A DNA stretch of 64,000 nucleotides. Source: a virus. Where the stretch lies: the IMG/VR virus record IMGVR_UViG_3300042303_000421, positions 15,655-79,654 of that record, one strand, 5' to 3'. A program made the position numbers and the translations under genes. Shown here piece by piece: positions 40,081-49,871 of this stretch (within the stretch, counting starts at the first letter, position 1; each line of letters opens with the position of its first letter). The notes below the pieces were generated by a model. That model saw nothing but the letters and a program-made list of their open reading frames with translations, was not told the DNA's origin and searched no databases.

Positions 40081-43000
40081 ATGAATTGTATAAACATAAA
40101 CGACTCAAAGTATAAAGAGTTATTAGAACAAACAAAATTAAATCCATTAATCCTGAAGGCTAGAATTTCTATCTTTCAGGATAAAAATGGTTTAGAATCA
40201 TTTCCTAAATTAGAAGATGTTATTCAATCTAATGAAGTTAATCAAAGTTTAAAATCTGTTGATATATTATCTTCTGATAAAGCAAAACAAATTTTTGAAA
40301 AAGGTAAAAAGTCTAATTGGGATTTAAATAAAATTTTAACAGAGCTGCAGATCCCTAAAGATCAAAAACAATTAATATTGGATTTAGATAAAACTAATAG
40401 AGAAGAAATCATTACAGACCTATTAGCTAAATATAGTTATACTATTGAGATTAATACTGCTAAAGAACAAATTAAAACTGGTACAAAAAAAGTTCAAGGT
40501 TCTCCTATTAAGTATTATTCAAAATCTGAAAATAGATATTATAGAGATACTGAAGAATTAGGATGGATTAGTTCTGATGAAAATAATAAAAATCAAGAAG
40601 TAGATGTTCAAACACCAGAAGATTTAGAACCAATTGAATTTGATACTTATAATATTGATACTTTTTCAGAATTAGAAACTAAACATTACTCTAACCTAAC
40701 AGTTCCAGGTGGTACTAATTATACAGAAAATGAAATATCTACTCCATTAATTACACCTAGTATTAAAGGTCATGCTCAATTTAGTACTGATAAAGGTATA
40801 GGTTGGTTTAGAAGTGACGAGCAGCAATCTAATAATGACTTAGAAGAACAAAGAGAAGAAGAAGAATATCAGATAGCTAATAATCCAAACTATGTAAAAG
40901 GAAGTATTCAATTTGAAAAGGGAGAGGGCTCTAAAACTCGTAGAATACTAGAAGTACAATCAGATTTATTTCAGAAGGGTAGAGATAAAGATTATTTGCC
41001 TAAATATCCTTTTAAAAGCAATGATAATAAATTTCTTCAACTTCTAAACAAAGATAATAATTGGGTAACATTCTTTGTTAAATCTATTATACAAGATAGT
41101 GTTAAGAAAGGATATGAAAAAATATTATTTCCTTCTGGTAATACAGCTAGTAAAGTGGAAGGTCATACTACTTTAGAAGAGTTTAAGAAACAGAAAGAAG
41201 ATAGGTTAAAAGAGCTTGAGGATAAAGTTAATAAAGGTAGATATGTACTTACTGATAATACTGGGTTTCCAATGGGTATAGCTCCAATAGATTCTGACAT
41301 CAATGTATTAAAAAGTAATAATCCAACATTAAAAATTGAAAAAGAGTCTTTGACGCAAAAAGAATTAGATGATACAAATAATGAAATAAACCAACTTAAA
41401 CAAGAACTTGAAAGAGTAGAAGGACCAGAAGGATTTGGTGCATTAAAACCTATCTATAACTTCTATGAGAACACTGTAAAGAATGTTCTTAATAAACAAT
41501 ATGGTAAAGAAAATGTAAAACAAGTTACTGATGAATATGGTAATACTTGGAATGAATTAACTTTAGAAGAAAGTAGAGATACTTCAACTATTTTATTTAA
41601 TAAAAAAGATTTAAATGATTTTGTTGGAGATAATTCAAAACCTTTTTTTCCAGAAAGTACAACAAATCAACCTCAAGTAAATAATAGATTTCAAATAAAT
41701 AAAGAATTATTATTTAATGATAAAAATATTAATAATTCTTTTAAAGCTAAAGATGTATTACAAAATATAATTAATTCTAATTTAGAATTTTCAGATGCTG
41801 GTAATAATTTAGTATTTAAAGCAATGAATGTTTTAAATCGTTCTAATAGTAGAGTTAAAGTTATTAGTCAAGAACAATTTGATAAAATGACTGAAAATTC
41901 TGAAGGGAACGGAACTGCTGTAATGGCTTATGAATCAGAATTAAATGTTATTTATACGACAGAAAATTCTTTAAGTATTTTTACAAAAGAACAAATATTA
42001 GAATCATTTTTACATGAAGTTGCTCACAATTTAAGTATTAAAGCAATTATTAATCCTGTAACTTTTGAAGAAATACAATTTAATGAATTAATTAAAAAAG
42101 CATTTGAACAATATAAATATTTAGGTAAAAATTTAAAAGGTTCCAAAAGCTATGGTTTTACAAATGAAAAAGAATTTGTAGCAGAATTATATTCTAATGA
42201 AGAATTTCAAAATGAAATTAAATCATTAGATAAAAACTTTTGGCAACAATTTAAAGACGCTATTAGAAGATTATTTGGATTAACTAAATCATTACAAAAT
42301 AATGAATTAATTAATAGTATTTTATTAATTGAAAATGTTGAAAAATTTATTGAAACTAGTCAACAATCTTTAGACGGTTTAGCTAGAAATGATTATTCAA
42401 ACTCTTTTAATAACATAATGTTTAAAAAAATAGAACAACCTAAAGAAATTGAATTAGATACTTTAGATAAACAATTAAATTATACTATTGAAAAAGCGTT
42501 AGATAAAATTGATGCAATTATTCGTAGAACCAAAAAATCTAAAAATTCTAAAAACAAACAAGATAATGAAGCTTTTGTAAAATCTTTTACTGAATTATTT
42601 AAAGAAATTGAAACTTTAGAAAATACTAATAAATGGCAAGCTGTTAATGCATACGTTACTTCATTTTCAAAAACAGTATTTCATTTAAATCAAATGTTAA
42701 AAACTAAATTATATAATAAAGATACTGAAACATTTAATAAAGATATAAGTTCTGAAGAAATGTTAGACTTATCTTATAGATATGAAGAATATCTTACTGC
42801 GTATGATTTATTAGAAGATATTAAAAAGTTATTACAAACAAGTGAAACTGATGAATTTGTTACTAAACAAAATCAGATAGAAATAAATAAAATTAAAGAT
42901 ATTTTAGCTAATTTAACTAAAGATCATAATAGTTTAACTGGAATAATATTAAATATTAAAAAAGCACATGCTGTAAAAATGATGTCTGAAGCTGATTTAA

Positions 43001-45606
43001 ATACAGAAGTTGTTGCTAAATGGAGAAATAAATTATTTCAAGAACATACTGATTTAAAAATTACAAATGAAACCAAAGAAGCTTATTTTGGTAGAATGAT
43101 TGAAGGTAAATATAAAGATGAATATAATAAAGCTTTAGTTGCTAATGCTCGTAAAATAGTTAATGATCCATCTTTTGATATTGAAAGTGTTACTCGTTCT
43201 GTTGTAGATATTTTAAACACCAATTCACCATTATTAAACATGATGTCTAATGTAATTGGTAAAATGAGAGATTCTATTATTTCCGCAGCAAGAACTAAAA
43301 ATTTTGAAATAGATAAAGTTTATAAAAAATATTCTGCTGAAAAAGGTCAAAATAAACAATCTCAAATGTATAAAAATCTTGTAGAATTATCTAAATCAGA
43401 TGATAGATATTATTTACATGGAGAATATTCTACAACATATTTAGATTCATTTAATAGTTTACAACCTGTATTTAAAGCACGTAAAGAGTTAGTAGCTTTA
43501 AAATTAGCAGAAGGTTTAACTAATTCACAAATTAAAAAATTACCTGAGTATAAACTTTTAAATAAACAAATAGCAAATTGGTTTAAAGCAAACACTATTA
43601 AAGTTGATGGTATTACTTATCCAAATCCTAAATATAAAAATAAAGAATTAACAGGTATTGAAAAAGAAACATTAGATTATTTTATTTATGAAACTGAAAA
43701 AAATGATGATTCTTATAATGGTACAGCATCTTTAATAACTTTAATACCTGGAGCTACATTTTATAAATTACCTTCAGTTACTAAAAGTGATTTAGAACGT
43801 ACATTAGAAGGTGATATTAAAGGTCAGTTTGTAGATAAATGGAAAGATTTAAATGAAGTACGTGTTGATGATGTTAGTTATGGTGAAGCAATTAATAATA
43901 AAAATGAAGAATTACGTACTGTAAGAGTTCATTATAGAGGTAAAATAGAATCTAAAAATCAATCATTAGATTTATTTACAGTTTATCGTAAAGAAGCTTT
44001 TAATGCAATTAATTATGCTGAAAAGAAAGAAAATGAATATAAACTTAAATTGTTTGTAGATATTGCTTCTAGTAAACAATATAAGAAACGTTCAAAATCA
44101 GGAGGATGGGCTCAAAATGTATTTGCAACTAAACAACCAGGTGTTATTGTAGAAGGTGAATTTAGTGAAGAATTAAAACGTATTAAAGGTTTACTTGAAA
44201 GTACTGCTTATGATATTTTATCATATAATGGACAAAAAGTATTAGGTACTAATATTGAAGCAAATAAATTATCATCATTAATTAATGGTACAGCAGCAAG
44301 TATTGCAATGACAATGAACTTAGGTTCTGGTGTAGTCAACGTAATGAACGGTGTTACACAAATGTTTATTGAATCTGTTGGTGGTAGAAATTTTAAAAAA
44401 GCAGATTTATTAAAAGCTGAAGCTAATTATAGTAAAAACTTAATGAATATTTTAGCTGATTTAAATGAACCTGTTAAAAAATCATTTCATAATCAAATGT
44501 TAGAAATGTTTGATGTATTTGGAGGTTTTGATGTTTCTACTCAAGAATTTTTAAGAAATTCATATGCTAAGAAATTAATTTCCAAACAACAAATGAATAT
44601 GTTAAATGAAATGGGTGAACATATGATGAACTCAGTTTTAACAGAAGTTATGTTAAGAGGAATTAAAGTAATGAATGAACAGCGTCAATTTATTGATAAA
44701 TCAGGAAATGTTGTAGAAGAATCAAAAGCTGCTTCATTATTTGATATGTTATCTTTAAATAAAGATGGTGTTTTAGAAATGGATAGTAAAGTTGTTTATA
44801 CTCTTAAAAATTTAGATTCTAAATATCATGAAAGTGGTAAATATCATATTAATTATGTTATTAAGAAAAAAGCTCATGATATATTTGGTGTTTATGATCC
44901 ATTAATGAAAGCTGAAATAGCTAAACATTGGTGGGGTAAAACAGTTTTAATGTTTAAGAACTTCTTTTTATCAGGACTTAAATACAGATATCAAGGTATT
45001 AGTAAATCTTTAAAGAAAAAAGAAGATTTAACTGATGATGATATAGTATTTAATAACGCTGAACAGGAGTTCACAGAAGGTACTTATGTTACTTTTATTA
45101 GATTTGTACGTAATGTTGTTTTTCCTGCATTAAAAGGGCTACAATTAGCTCATATGAGTGATGGTTATAATAAGTTAACAGACTATGAAAAAGCTAATTT
45201 AAGAAAAACTACATTAGAAGTAGGTTTAACTATGGTATTGTTACCGATGTTAGGTTACTTATTAGCATCTCTTGGTGGAGATGATGATGATAAACCATAT
45301 TTTGCATTATATGTATTTAGAAGATTAGAGTCAGAACTTTCACAATATAGAAATCCTATAGAGTTAAATAGAATGATTCAAAATCCTGTAGCAGCTAATA
45401 GATTTATTCAAAATTCATTAAATGCTTTAGGTGAAATAATTACACCACTTAATTTTAATCCTGGAAATAATGAATATTTGTTTGATTATTTAAGTGAAGA
45501 TTCTAAAGGTAAAAATAAAGTAGTTAAATCTATTAAGAAAATTACACCATTTTATGCTCAATTTCAAAAACCATATAGAGAAATGCATAATCTTATAAAT
45601 AAATAA
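40081..45606 (+). CDS. Large ejection/cargo protein with zincin metallopeptidase and polyvalent-type domain
   Basis: 1841 aa; LHEVAH...EFVAE zincin; PGG.NY.E...WFR.D...EVQSD domain; C-terminal hydrophobic segment. Confidence 0.75.
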   Translation: MNCININDSKYKELLEQTKLNPLILKARISIFQDKNGLESFPKLEDVIQSNEVNQSLKSVDILSSDKAKQIFEKGKKSNWDLNKILTELQIPKDQKQLILDLDKTNREEIITDLLAKYSYTIEINTAKEQIKTGTKKVQGSPIKYYSKSENRYYRDTEELGWISSDENNKNQEVDVQTPEDLEPIEFDTYNIDTFSELETKHYSNLTVPGGTNYTENEISTPLITPSIKGHAQFSTDKGIGWFRSDEQQSNNDLEEQREEEEYQIANNPNYVKGSIQFEKGEGSKTRRILEVQSDLFQKGRDKDYLPKYPFKSNDNKFLQLLNKDNNWVTFFVKSIIQDSVKKGYEKILFPSGNTASKVEGHTTLEEFKKQKEDRLKELEDKVNKGRYVLTDNTGFPMGIAPIDSDINVLKSNNPTLKIEKESLTQKELDDTNNEINQLKQELERVEGPEGFGALKPIYNFYENTVKNVLNKQYGKENVKQVTDEYGNTWNELTLEESRDTSTILFNKKDLNDFVGDNSKPFFPESTTNQPQVNNRFQINKELLFNDKNINNSFKAKDVLQNIINSNLEFSDAGNNLVFKAMNVLNRSNSRVKVISQEQFDKMTENSEGNGTAVMAYESELNVIYTTENSLSIFTKEQILESFLHEVAHNLSIKAIINPVTFEEIQFNELIKKAFEQYKYLGKNLKGSKSYGFTNEKEFVAELYSNEEFQNEIKSLDKNFWQQFKDAIRRLFGLTKSLQNNELINSILLIENVEKFIETSQQSLDGLARNDYSNSFNNIMFKKIEQPKEIELDTLDKQLNYTIEKALDKIDAIIRRTKKSKNSKNKQDNEAFVKSFTELFKEIETLENTNKWQAVNAYVTSFSKTVFHLNQMLKTKLYNKDTETFNKDISSEEMLDLSYRYEEYLTAYDLLEDIKKLLQTSETDEFVTKQNQIEINKIKDILANLTKDHNSLTGIILNIKKAHAVKMMSEADLNTEVVAKWRNKLFQEHTDLKITNETKEAYFGRMIEGKYKDEYNKALVANARKIVNDPSFDIESVTRSVVDILNTNSPLLNMMSNVIGKMRDSIISAARTKNFEIDKVYKKYSAEKGQNKQSQMYKNLVELSKSDDRYYLHGEYSTTYLDSFNSLQPVFKARKELVALKLAEGLTNSQIKKLPEYKLLNKQIANWFKANTIKVDGITYPNPKYKNKELTGIEKETLDYFIYETEKNDDSYNGTASLITLIPGATFYKLPSVTKSDLERTLEGDIKGQFVDKWKDLNEVRVDDVSYGEAINNKNEELRTVRVHYRGKIESKNQSLDLFTVYRKEAFNAINYAEKKENEYKLKLFVDIASSKQYKKRSKSGGWAQNVFATKQPGVIVEGEFSEELKRIKGLLESTAYDILSYNGQKVLGTNIEANKLSSLINGTAASIAMTMNLGSGVVNVMNGVTQMFIESVGGRNFKKADLLKAEANYSKNLMNILADLNEPVKKSFHNQMLEMFDVFGGFDVSTQEFLRNSYAKKLISKQQMNMLNEMGEHMMNSVLTEVMLRGIKVMNEQRQFIDKSGNVVEESKAASLFDMLSLNKDGVLEMDSKVVYTLKNLDSKYHESGKYHINYVIKKKAHDIFGVYDPLMKAEIAKHWWGKTVLMFKNFFLSGLKYRYQGISKSLKKKEDLTDDDIVFNNAEQEFTEGTYVTFIRFVRNVVFPALKGLQLAHMSDGYNKLTDYEKANLRKTTLEVGLTMVLLPMLGYLLASLGGDDDDKPYFALYVFRRLESELSQYRNPIELNRMIQNPVAANRFIQNSLNALGEIITPLNFNPGNNEYLFDYLSEDSKGKNKVVKSIKKITPFYAQFQKPYREMHNLINK

Positions 45607-45613
45607 AAGGTCT

Positions 45614-45659
45614 AAAAAAACCCTACTACGACTCGTTTGAGTTATAGTAGGGTTTTTTT
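45614..45659. terminator. Bidirectional intrinsic terminator between convergent gene blocks
   Basis: A7-CCCTACTACGACTC-GTTT-GAGTTATAGTAGGG-T7. Confidence 0.88.
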
Positions 45660-45663
45660 GTTT

Positions 45664-45762
45664 TTAATTATGACATGAACAATTACATGTTTCAGGATGA
45701 CAATTTCCACTGTTACATCTATGACAAGTATATGGACTGTTTATCATATCTTTTCTTTTCAT
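45664..45762 (-). CDS. 32-aa Cys/His-rich peptide (not in ORF track)
   Basis: MKRKDMINSPYTCHRCNSGNCHPETCNCSCHN*; starts 1 nt after upstream stop and ends at terminator. Confidence 0.65.
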   Translation of the reverse strand: MKRKDMINSPYTCHRCNSGNCHPETCNCSCHN

Positions 45763-45763
45763 A

Positions 45764-46180
45764 TTAAATATATTTTTTTAAAATTTCACTAATTATATCT
45801 TTAGAGCCACTAATTGAACCTAAAACTATATCACTTTGAATTTCTGATCTTTTAGGTAACATTTCATTTAATTGTTTTTCAACTTCTTTATCATACATTA
45901 ACATAAGATTTTTTAAATCTGGTGTAAAATAATTAAATTTATCAAAAGGGTTTTTAATTTCTGTAGATAATAAATTAGCTTCTTGACCTAAAATTTTTAA
46001 TTTTTCTTGAATTTCTTCATATCTTTTAGCTTTTTTCTTTAATTCATCATAATTAATTGATTCTGCTACCATTGTACAAGTATCTTTATATACTTTACCT
46101 GTAATAATATGTTTTCTCAATTCAGACATTATTCTATTACAAATAATATCTAATTGAATGTTTGTTAAGTTTTTACTCAT
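45764..46180 (-). CDS. Hypothetical coiled-coil protein
   Basis: ORF packing. Confidence 0.5.
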   Translation of the reverse strand: MSKNLTNIQLDIICNRIMSELRKHIITGKVYKDTCTMVAESINYDELKKKAKRYEEIQEKLKILGQEANLLSTEIKNPFDKFNYFTPDLKNLMLMYDKEVEKQLNEMLPKRSEIQSDIVLGSISGSKDIISEILKKYI

Positions 46181-46191
46181 TTATTTTATAT

Positions 46192-46890
46192 TTACATAAA
46201 CATTCCTTTTCTCCAATCAATATTACTAAATACATTTGGTAGTTCTTTTTCAAGTTCTTCACCAATAGCTGTAGCAATATCTCTCACTTCTTTCTGTGCA
46301 TGTTCATCACATCTAACATTAAGAAATCCTAATAAATCTCTTAATGTAGCTGTAATGTGTATTGTAGTTTTAGTACATAAAGGTAATATATCTCTAGCAC
46401 ATTCACGAGCTACACCTAGACTTATTAGTCCTTCATAAAGTTCTTGAATTTGTCTTAAAACACTATCAATAGCATCTTTAGGATAAAAATGACTTCCTGC
46501 ACCATAAGCAGCATCAGACAACTTAATTGTATCAAATTCTTTATCAAAAATTATTTCTTCAGTACTACTTTGTCTATTAGTAGGATGTTCACGTCTTAAT
46601 TCAATTTTTTCAAAACCTAATGGTTCTGCATATCTTAAAGACCATTCTTGACCATTTAAACTTCTATGTCTAAATATTTGTGCAGATATACTACGTCTAG
46701 TTTCTATTTTAAATCCAAATGAAATATGTTGTAATGGACTCCAATGTGCATGATCCATTAAATACTTAACAAGTTTACCATTATCTTCTTTTACAGTACC
46801 ATGACGTGCAATAGCAGCTATAATTTCTTCATTATTTAATTCACCATATGAATTAACTCCTACTGTTTTACTTATTAATTCTACTTTCAT
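46192..46890 (-). CDS. thyX: Flavin-dependent thymidylate synthase
   Basis: HWSP, QIFRHRS..QEWSLRY (RHRxxxxxxxS), RE.AR.ILP, HAQKEVR. Confidence 0.93.
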   Translation of the reverse strand: MKVELISKTVGVNSYGELNNEEIIAAIARHGTVKEDNGKLVKYLMDHAHWSPLQHISFGFKIETRRSISAQIFRHRSLNGQEWSLRYAEPLGFEKIELRREHPTNRQSSTEEIIFDKEFDTIKLSDAAYGAGSHFYPKDAIDSVLRQIQELYEGLISLGVARECARDILPLCTKTTIHITATLRDLLGFLNVRCDEHAQKEVRDIATAIGEELEKELPNVFSNIDWRKGMFM

Positions 46891-47056
46891 TCAATTTTTC
46901 TTTATGTTCTTTAATTTTTTGTTCTAACAATTCTAAATCAAATTGTATTGGTCCATATTCACCCCAAGAATCATCAAATATTACAAAATTATTTTCTAAT
47001 TTTAAATATGCTATTCTCTCCCATTGTGCAGAACCTTCAAAAACTTTAGTTGTCAT
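46868..47056 (-). CDS. Hypothetical protein
   Basis: ORF packing. Confidence 0.45.
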   Translation of the reverse strand: MTTKVFEGSAQWERIAYLKLENNFVIFDDSWGEYGPIQFDLELLEQKIKEHKEKLNESRINK

Positions 47057-47058
47057 AA

Positions 47059-47853
47059 TTATCTTCCTTTAAATTCTGGATATAAAGTTTTACCATCATC
47101 TGATTGCCAAACTTCTTTAGTATCTACATCCATTATTGTTACAAATCCATTCCAACCACCACCAGTATCTAAATTCCAGATATTAGCAGCTTTCATAGGT
47201 TTATCTTCTTTCCAAAATTGTGTAGAAGTATGACCTATAAATACTTCACTAAAATTATCAGACATTTTAAATGATGGTTTTTTTTCTAACATTCCATTTC
47301 CCATTGATTCCCAAGATAAAGCTTGTGACCATAAATCTCTATCCCACATTAATACATCTTCATTATTATGTATAGGATCTTCAATACTAAAATGTCTATT
47401 AAATCCGCCATGTACAAATAATCTGTTTTGATTATCAACATAATGTGATAATTGAGATTGAAAAAATATTTTATGTGTAATAGGTAAATGTGCAGAAGTT
47501 AGTCTAACTCTAGCGTGACCAGTTGAATAATCATATAAAAAGAAATCTTCTTTACTAATTAAATTTTTAATATATGATTCGCCTGTAGCTTTAGCACCTT
47601 GTTGCCATTGTGCAGGATGTGTACCACGCATTATCCAATATAACCACCAATCATCATGATTACCACGAATAGGAATTAAATTTTTTATTTTAAGTAATTC
47701 TTCAACTACTTCATAACTTTGACTATGACCATCTACAACATCTCCAAGAGATATTAATGTATCATTATCATAATCAAAATTACATCGTTCTAAGGTTTGT
47801 TTAAAGCCTTTAAAATTGCCGTGCAAATCACCAACCACTAATGTTCTACTCAT
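47059..47853 (-). CDS. Metallophosphoesterase (Ser/Thr phosphatase-like)
   Basis: GDLHG, LGDVVD, RGNHD, FVHGG, GHT, LDTG. Confidence 0.9.
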   Translation of the reverse strand: MSRTLVVGDLHGNFKGFKQTLERCNFDYDNDTLISLGDVVDGHSQSYEVVEELLKIKNLIPIRGNHDDWWLYWIMRGTHPAQWQQGAKATGESYIKNLISKEDFFLYDYSTGHARVRLTSAHLPITHKIFFQSQLSHYVDNQNRLFVHGGFNRHFSIEDPIHNNEDVLMWDRDLWSQALSWESMGNGMLEKKPSFKMSDNFSEVFIGHTSTQFWKEDKPMKAANIWNLDTGGGWNGFVTIMDVDTKEVWQSDDGKTLYPEFKGR

Positions 47854-48338
47854 AATAATTCTTCTAATAATTTTGGTTTATAATCTATAACTTCAGCAGA
47901 CACGTTAATATAACGTTTATCTGGTAAAGTATTTTCATGTACATGACCGTGAATATTAATATTAAATCTATATTCTAATTCACAAGGATGAATAGGAGCA
48001 TGACTTAATATAATATTACCATATTGTTTATGTTTTAAATATTTCATTGCTGCAACATTATTAACATATTTTAATAATTCTGGTACATGTTGAGGTTCAT
48101 CATGATTACCAAGAATAACTTTTTTAATACCATTTAATTCATTTAACCAATAATATTGTGTAGCTTTTTCCATAGTGATGTCACCTAATATATAAGTGAC
48201 ATCTTTTTTACTAACTATAGAATTCCATTGCTTTACAATATGTTTATTCATTTTTTCTTCATCTTTAAATCCACGTCTTATAGCCATATTTCTATGTCCA
48301 AAATGTGGATCTGAATAATATCTAACTACTGATGACAT
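47850..48338 (-). CDS. Calcineurin-like phosphoesterase
   Basis: SDPHFGH, LGD, GNHD, SHAPIH, HGHVH; second ATG (MSSVVR) preferred. Confidence 0.88.
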   Translation of the reverse strand: MSSVVRYYSDPHFGHRNMAIRRGFKDEEKMNKHIVKQWNSIVSKKDVTYILGDITMEKATQYYWLNELNGIKKVILGNHDEPQHVPELLKYVNNVAAMKYLKHKQYGNIILSHAPIHPCELEYRFNINIHGHVHENTLPDKRYINVSAEVIDYKPKLLEELL

Positions 48339-48657
48339 TTTGTTCAATTTTATCAATTATAGACATTTTTTTAATAAGAAGATAAATTAAATTATCATCA
48401 AATTTTTCATTAACTGTTCCAATTTTAGGTAAAATACCTTTTTCTAAATCATTTGTCATATCTGCAATAGATATTTCATGTTTAAGTAAAAATCCATCTA
48501 ATACTTTTTCACGTATTAAACCACTTCTTTTACTACCTTCATCAAAATTATGAAATACATTGTTATTTCTACGATATTCTTTCCCTTTTACAACTAAAAG
48601 ATCACATAAGTGTTCTAATGTTGCATTTACTAATTCATCAAATCTTTCTTCTGTCAT
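48322..48657 (-). CDS. All-alpha nucleotide-modification-associated protein (DUF1599-like)
   Basis: KGKEY....FHNF ... D...YL pattern. Confidence 0.45.
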   Translation of the reverse strand: MTEERFDELVNATLEHLCDLLVVKGKEYRRNNNVFHNFDEGSKRSGLIREKVLDGFLLKHEISIADMTNDLEKGILPKIGTVNEKFDDNLIYLLIKKMSIIDKIEQNVISS

Positions 48658-48944
48658 AATTTACCAATATATTTATTTTCTGCAACATAAGATTTAAGTT
48701 TATCTAACTTATATTGTATACGTTGTTTAATCTTTTTATTATTAAAAAAATGACTTAAAACTTTCAATCTAATTTTAACATCACCAATTTCATCAATAAC
48801 TTCTTGTATATCTACTTTTTCTTTTTTAAGAGTCATTTGAGTAAGAACAAGAGATAGTTCTTGAAGTTCTTCAGCAGCTTTTAATAAATTATATTTATAA
48901 TCATTATGATCTACTAAATACTGTATAAGTTCTTTATTTGTCAT
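48654..48944 (-). CDS. MazG-like NTP pyrophosphohydrolase
   Basis: EELQEL ... DEIGDV; start at MTNKEL preferred. Confidence 0.7.
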   Translation of the reverse strand: MTNKELIQYLVDHNDYKYNLLKAAEELQELSLVLTQMTLKKEKVDIQEVIDEIGDVKIRLKVLSHFFNNKKIKQRIQYKLDKLKSYVAENKYIGKL

Positions 48945-48945
48945 T

Positions 48946-49158
48946 TTAATTCCATCCATCTTCAACTGTTTCATTTAAATATTTCATTGCTTCAGTACAA
49001 TTAATTATACCGTCTATTTGATTACCACTATGGTTTAATAAAGAATTAAATGGTTTATTAAATACATATCTCGCATCTAATTCTCTTTGAACAGCTCTCC
49101 AAGTATATTCATATTTAACTCTTAAAAGTTTAATAAATAAAGCTTTAAATCTTGTCAT
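48946..49158 (-). CDS. Hypothetical protein
   Basis: ORF packing. Confidence 0.45.
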   Translation of the reverse strand: MTRFKALFIKLLRVKYEYTWRAVQRELDARYVFNKPFNSLLNHSGNQIDGIINCTEAMKYLNETVEDGWN

Positions 49159-49871
49159 TTTAATTGTGATTTAATTTCTTGTCTTTTAAAAAACCCATCT
49201 ATTCCAAAATTATGAATTTGACTTGCTCCACTTAAATGAAATTTATTATAATATAGTTCATCATAATTTAAATCTAAATTATCATAAAATACTTTACAAT
49301 TTTTAATATAATAAGAATCTCCAGTAATAAAAGGTTTATGATCAGTTAAAACCTTTTTCATAGTTGTTAATTCAGTTAAATTAAAATAACATCTAATTAA
49401 TAATGTATAAATACTAATTAACGTTGTAGTTTTAGTCCAATAAATAGGAGCTTTAATAATTAAAGTATCTTCATCTAAAGTAATTTTAGATTTGCTTGGT
49501 AAATTTAATTTCTTTTCAAAATGATTTAAAAACTTTTGTAAAACTTTATAATTATTAATTAATTCAGTTTGACATTTTTCAAAATCATTCCAAGTATTAC
49601 CTTCATTATAATGTAATGTATTTACACCTAAATAAAAATGTTCTTCATTATCAAAACAATTTAATAATTTATGATTGTAACCATGAATACTACCAATTTC
49701 TTTTTTAGTGTATTCTACATAACTAAAATCATTTAAATAATCTCTACAAGCTGTAAAAGCATTAAATGTTTCATATTTGTTATTTTTCTTATTCAAAATA
49801 GCAAAACCTAATCCAAAGTTTCTACCTTCATCTAATTTTGAACGTTTTTGTAATTCTTTAATTTTTTTCAT
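49155..49871 (-). CDS. Hypothetical protein (CRDYLND / W...SIYTLLIR motifs)
   Basis: 238-aa ORF with enzyme-like motifs. Confidence 0.55.
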   Translation of the reverse strand: MKKIKELQKRSKLDEGRNFGLGFAILNKKNNKYETFNAFTACRDYLNDFSYVEYTKKEIGSIHGYNHKLLNCFDNEEHFYLGVNTLHYNEGNTWNDFEKCQTELINNYKVLQKFLNHFEKKLNLPSKSKITLDEDTLIIKAPIYWTKTTTLISIYTLLIRCYFNLTELTTMKKVLTDHKPFITGDSYYIKNCKVFYDNLDLNYDELYYNKFHLSGASQIHNFGIDGFFKRQEIKSQLK

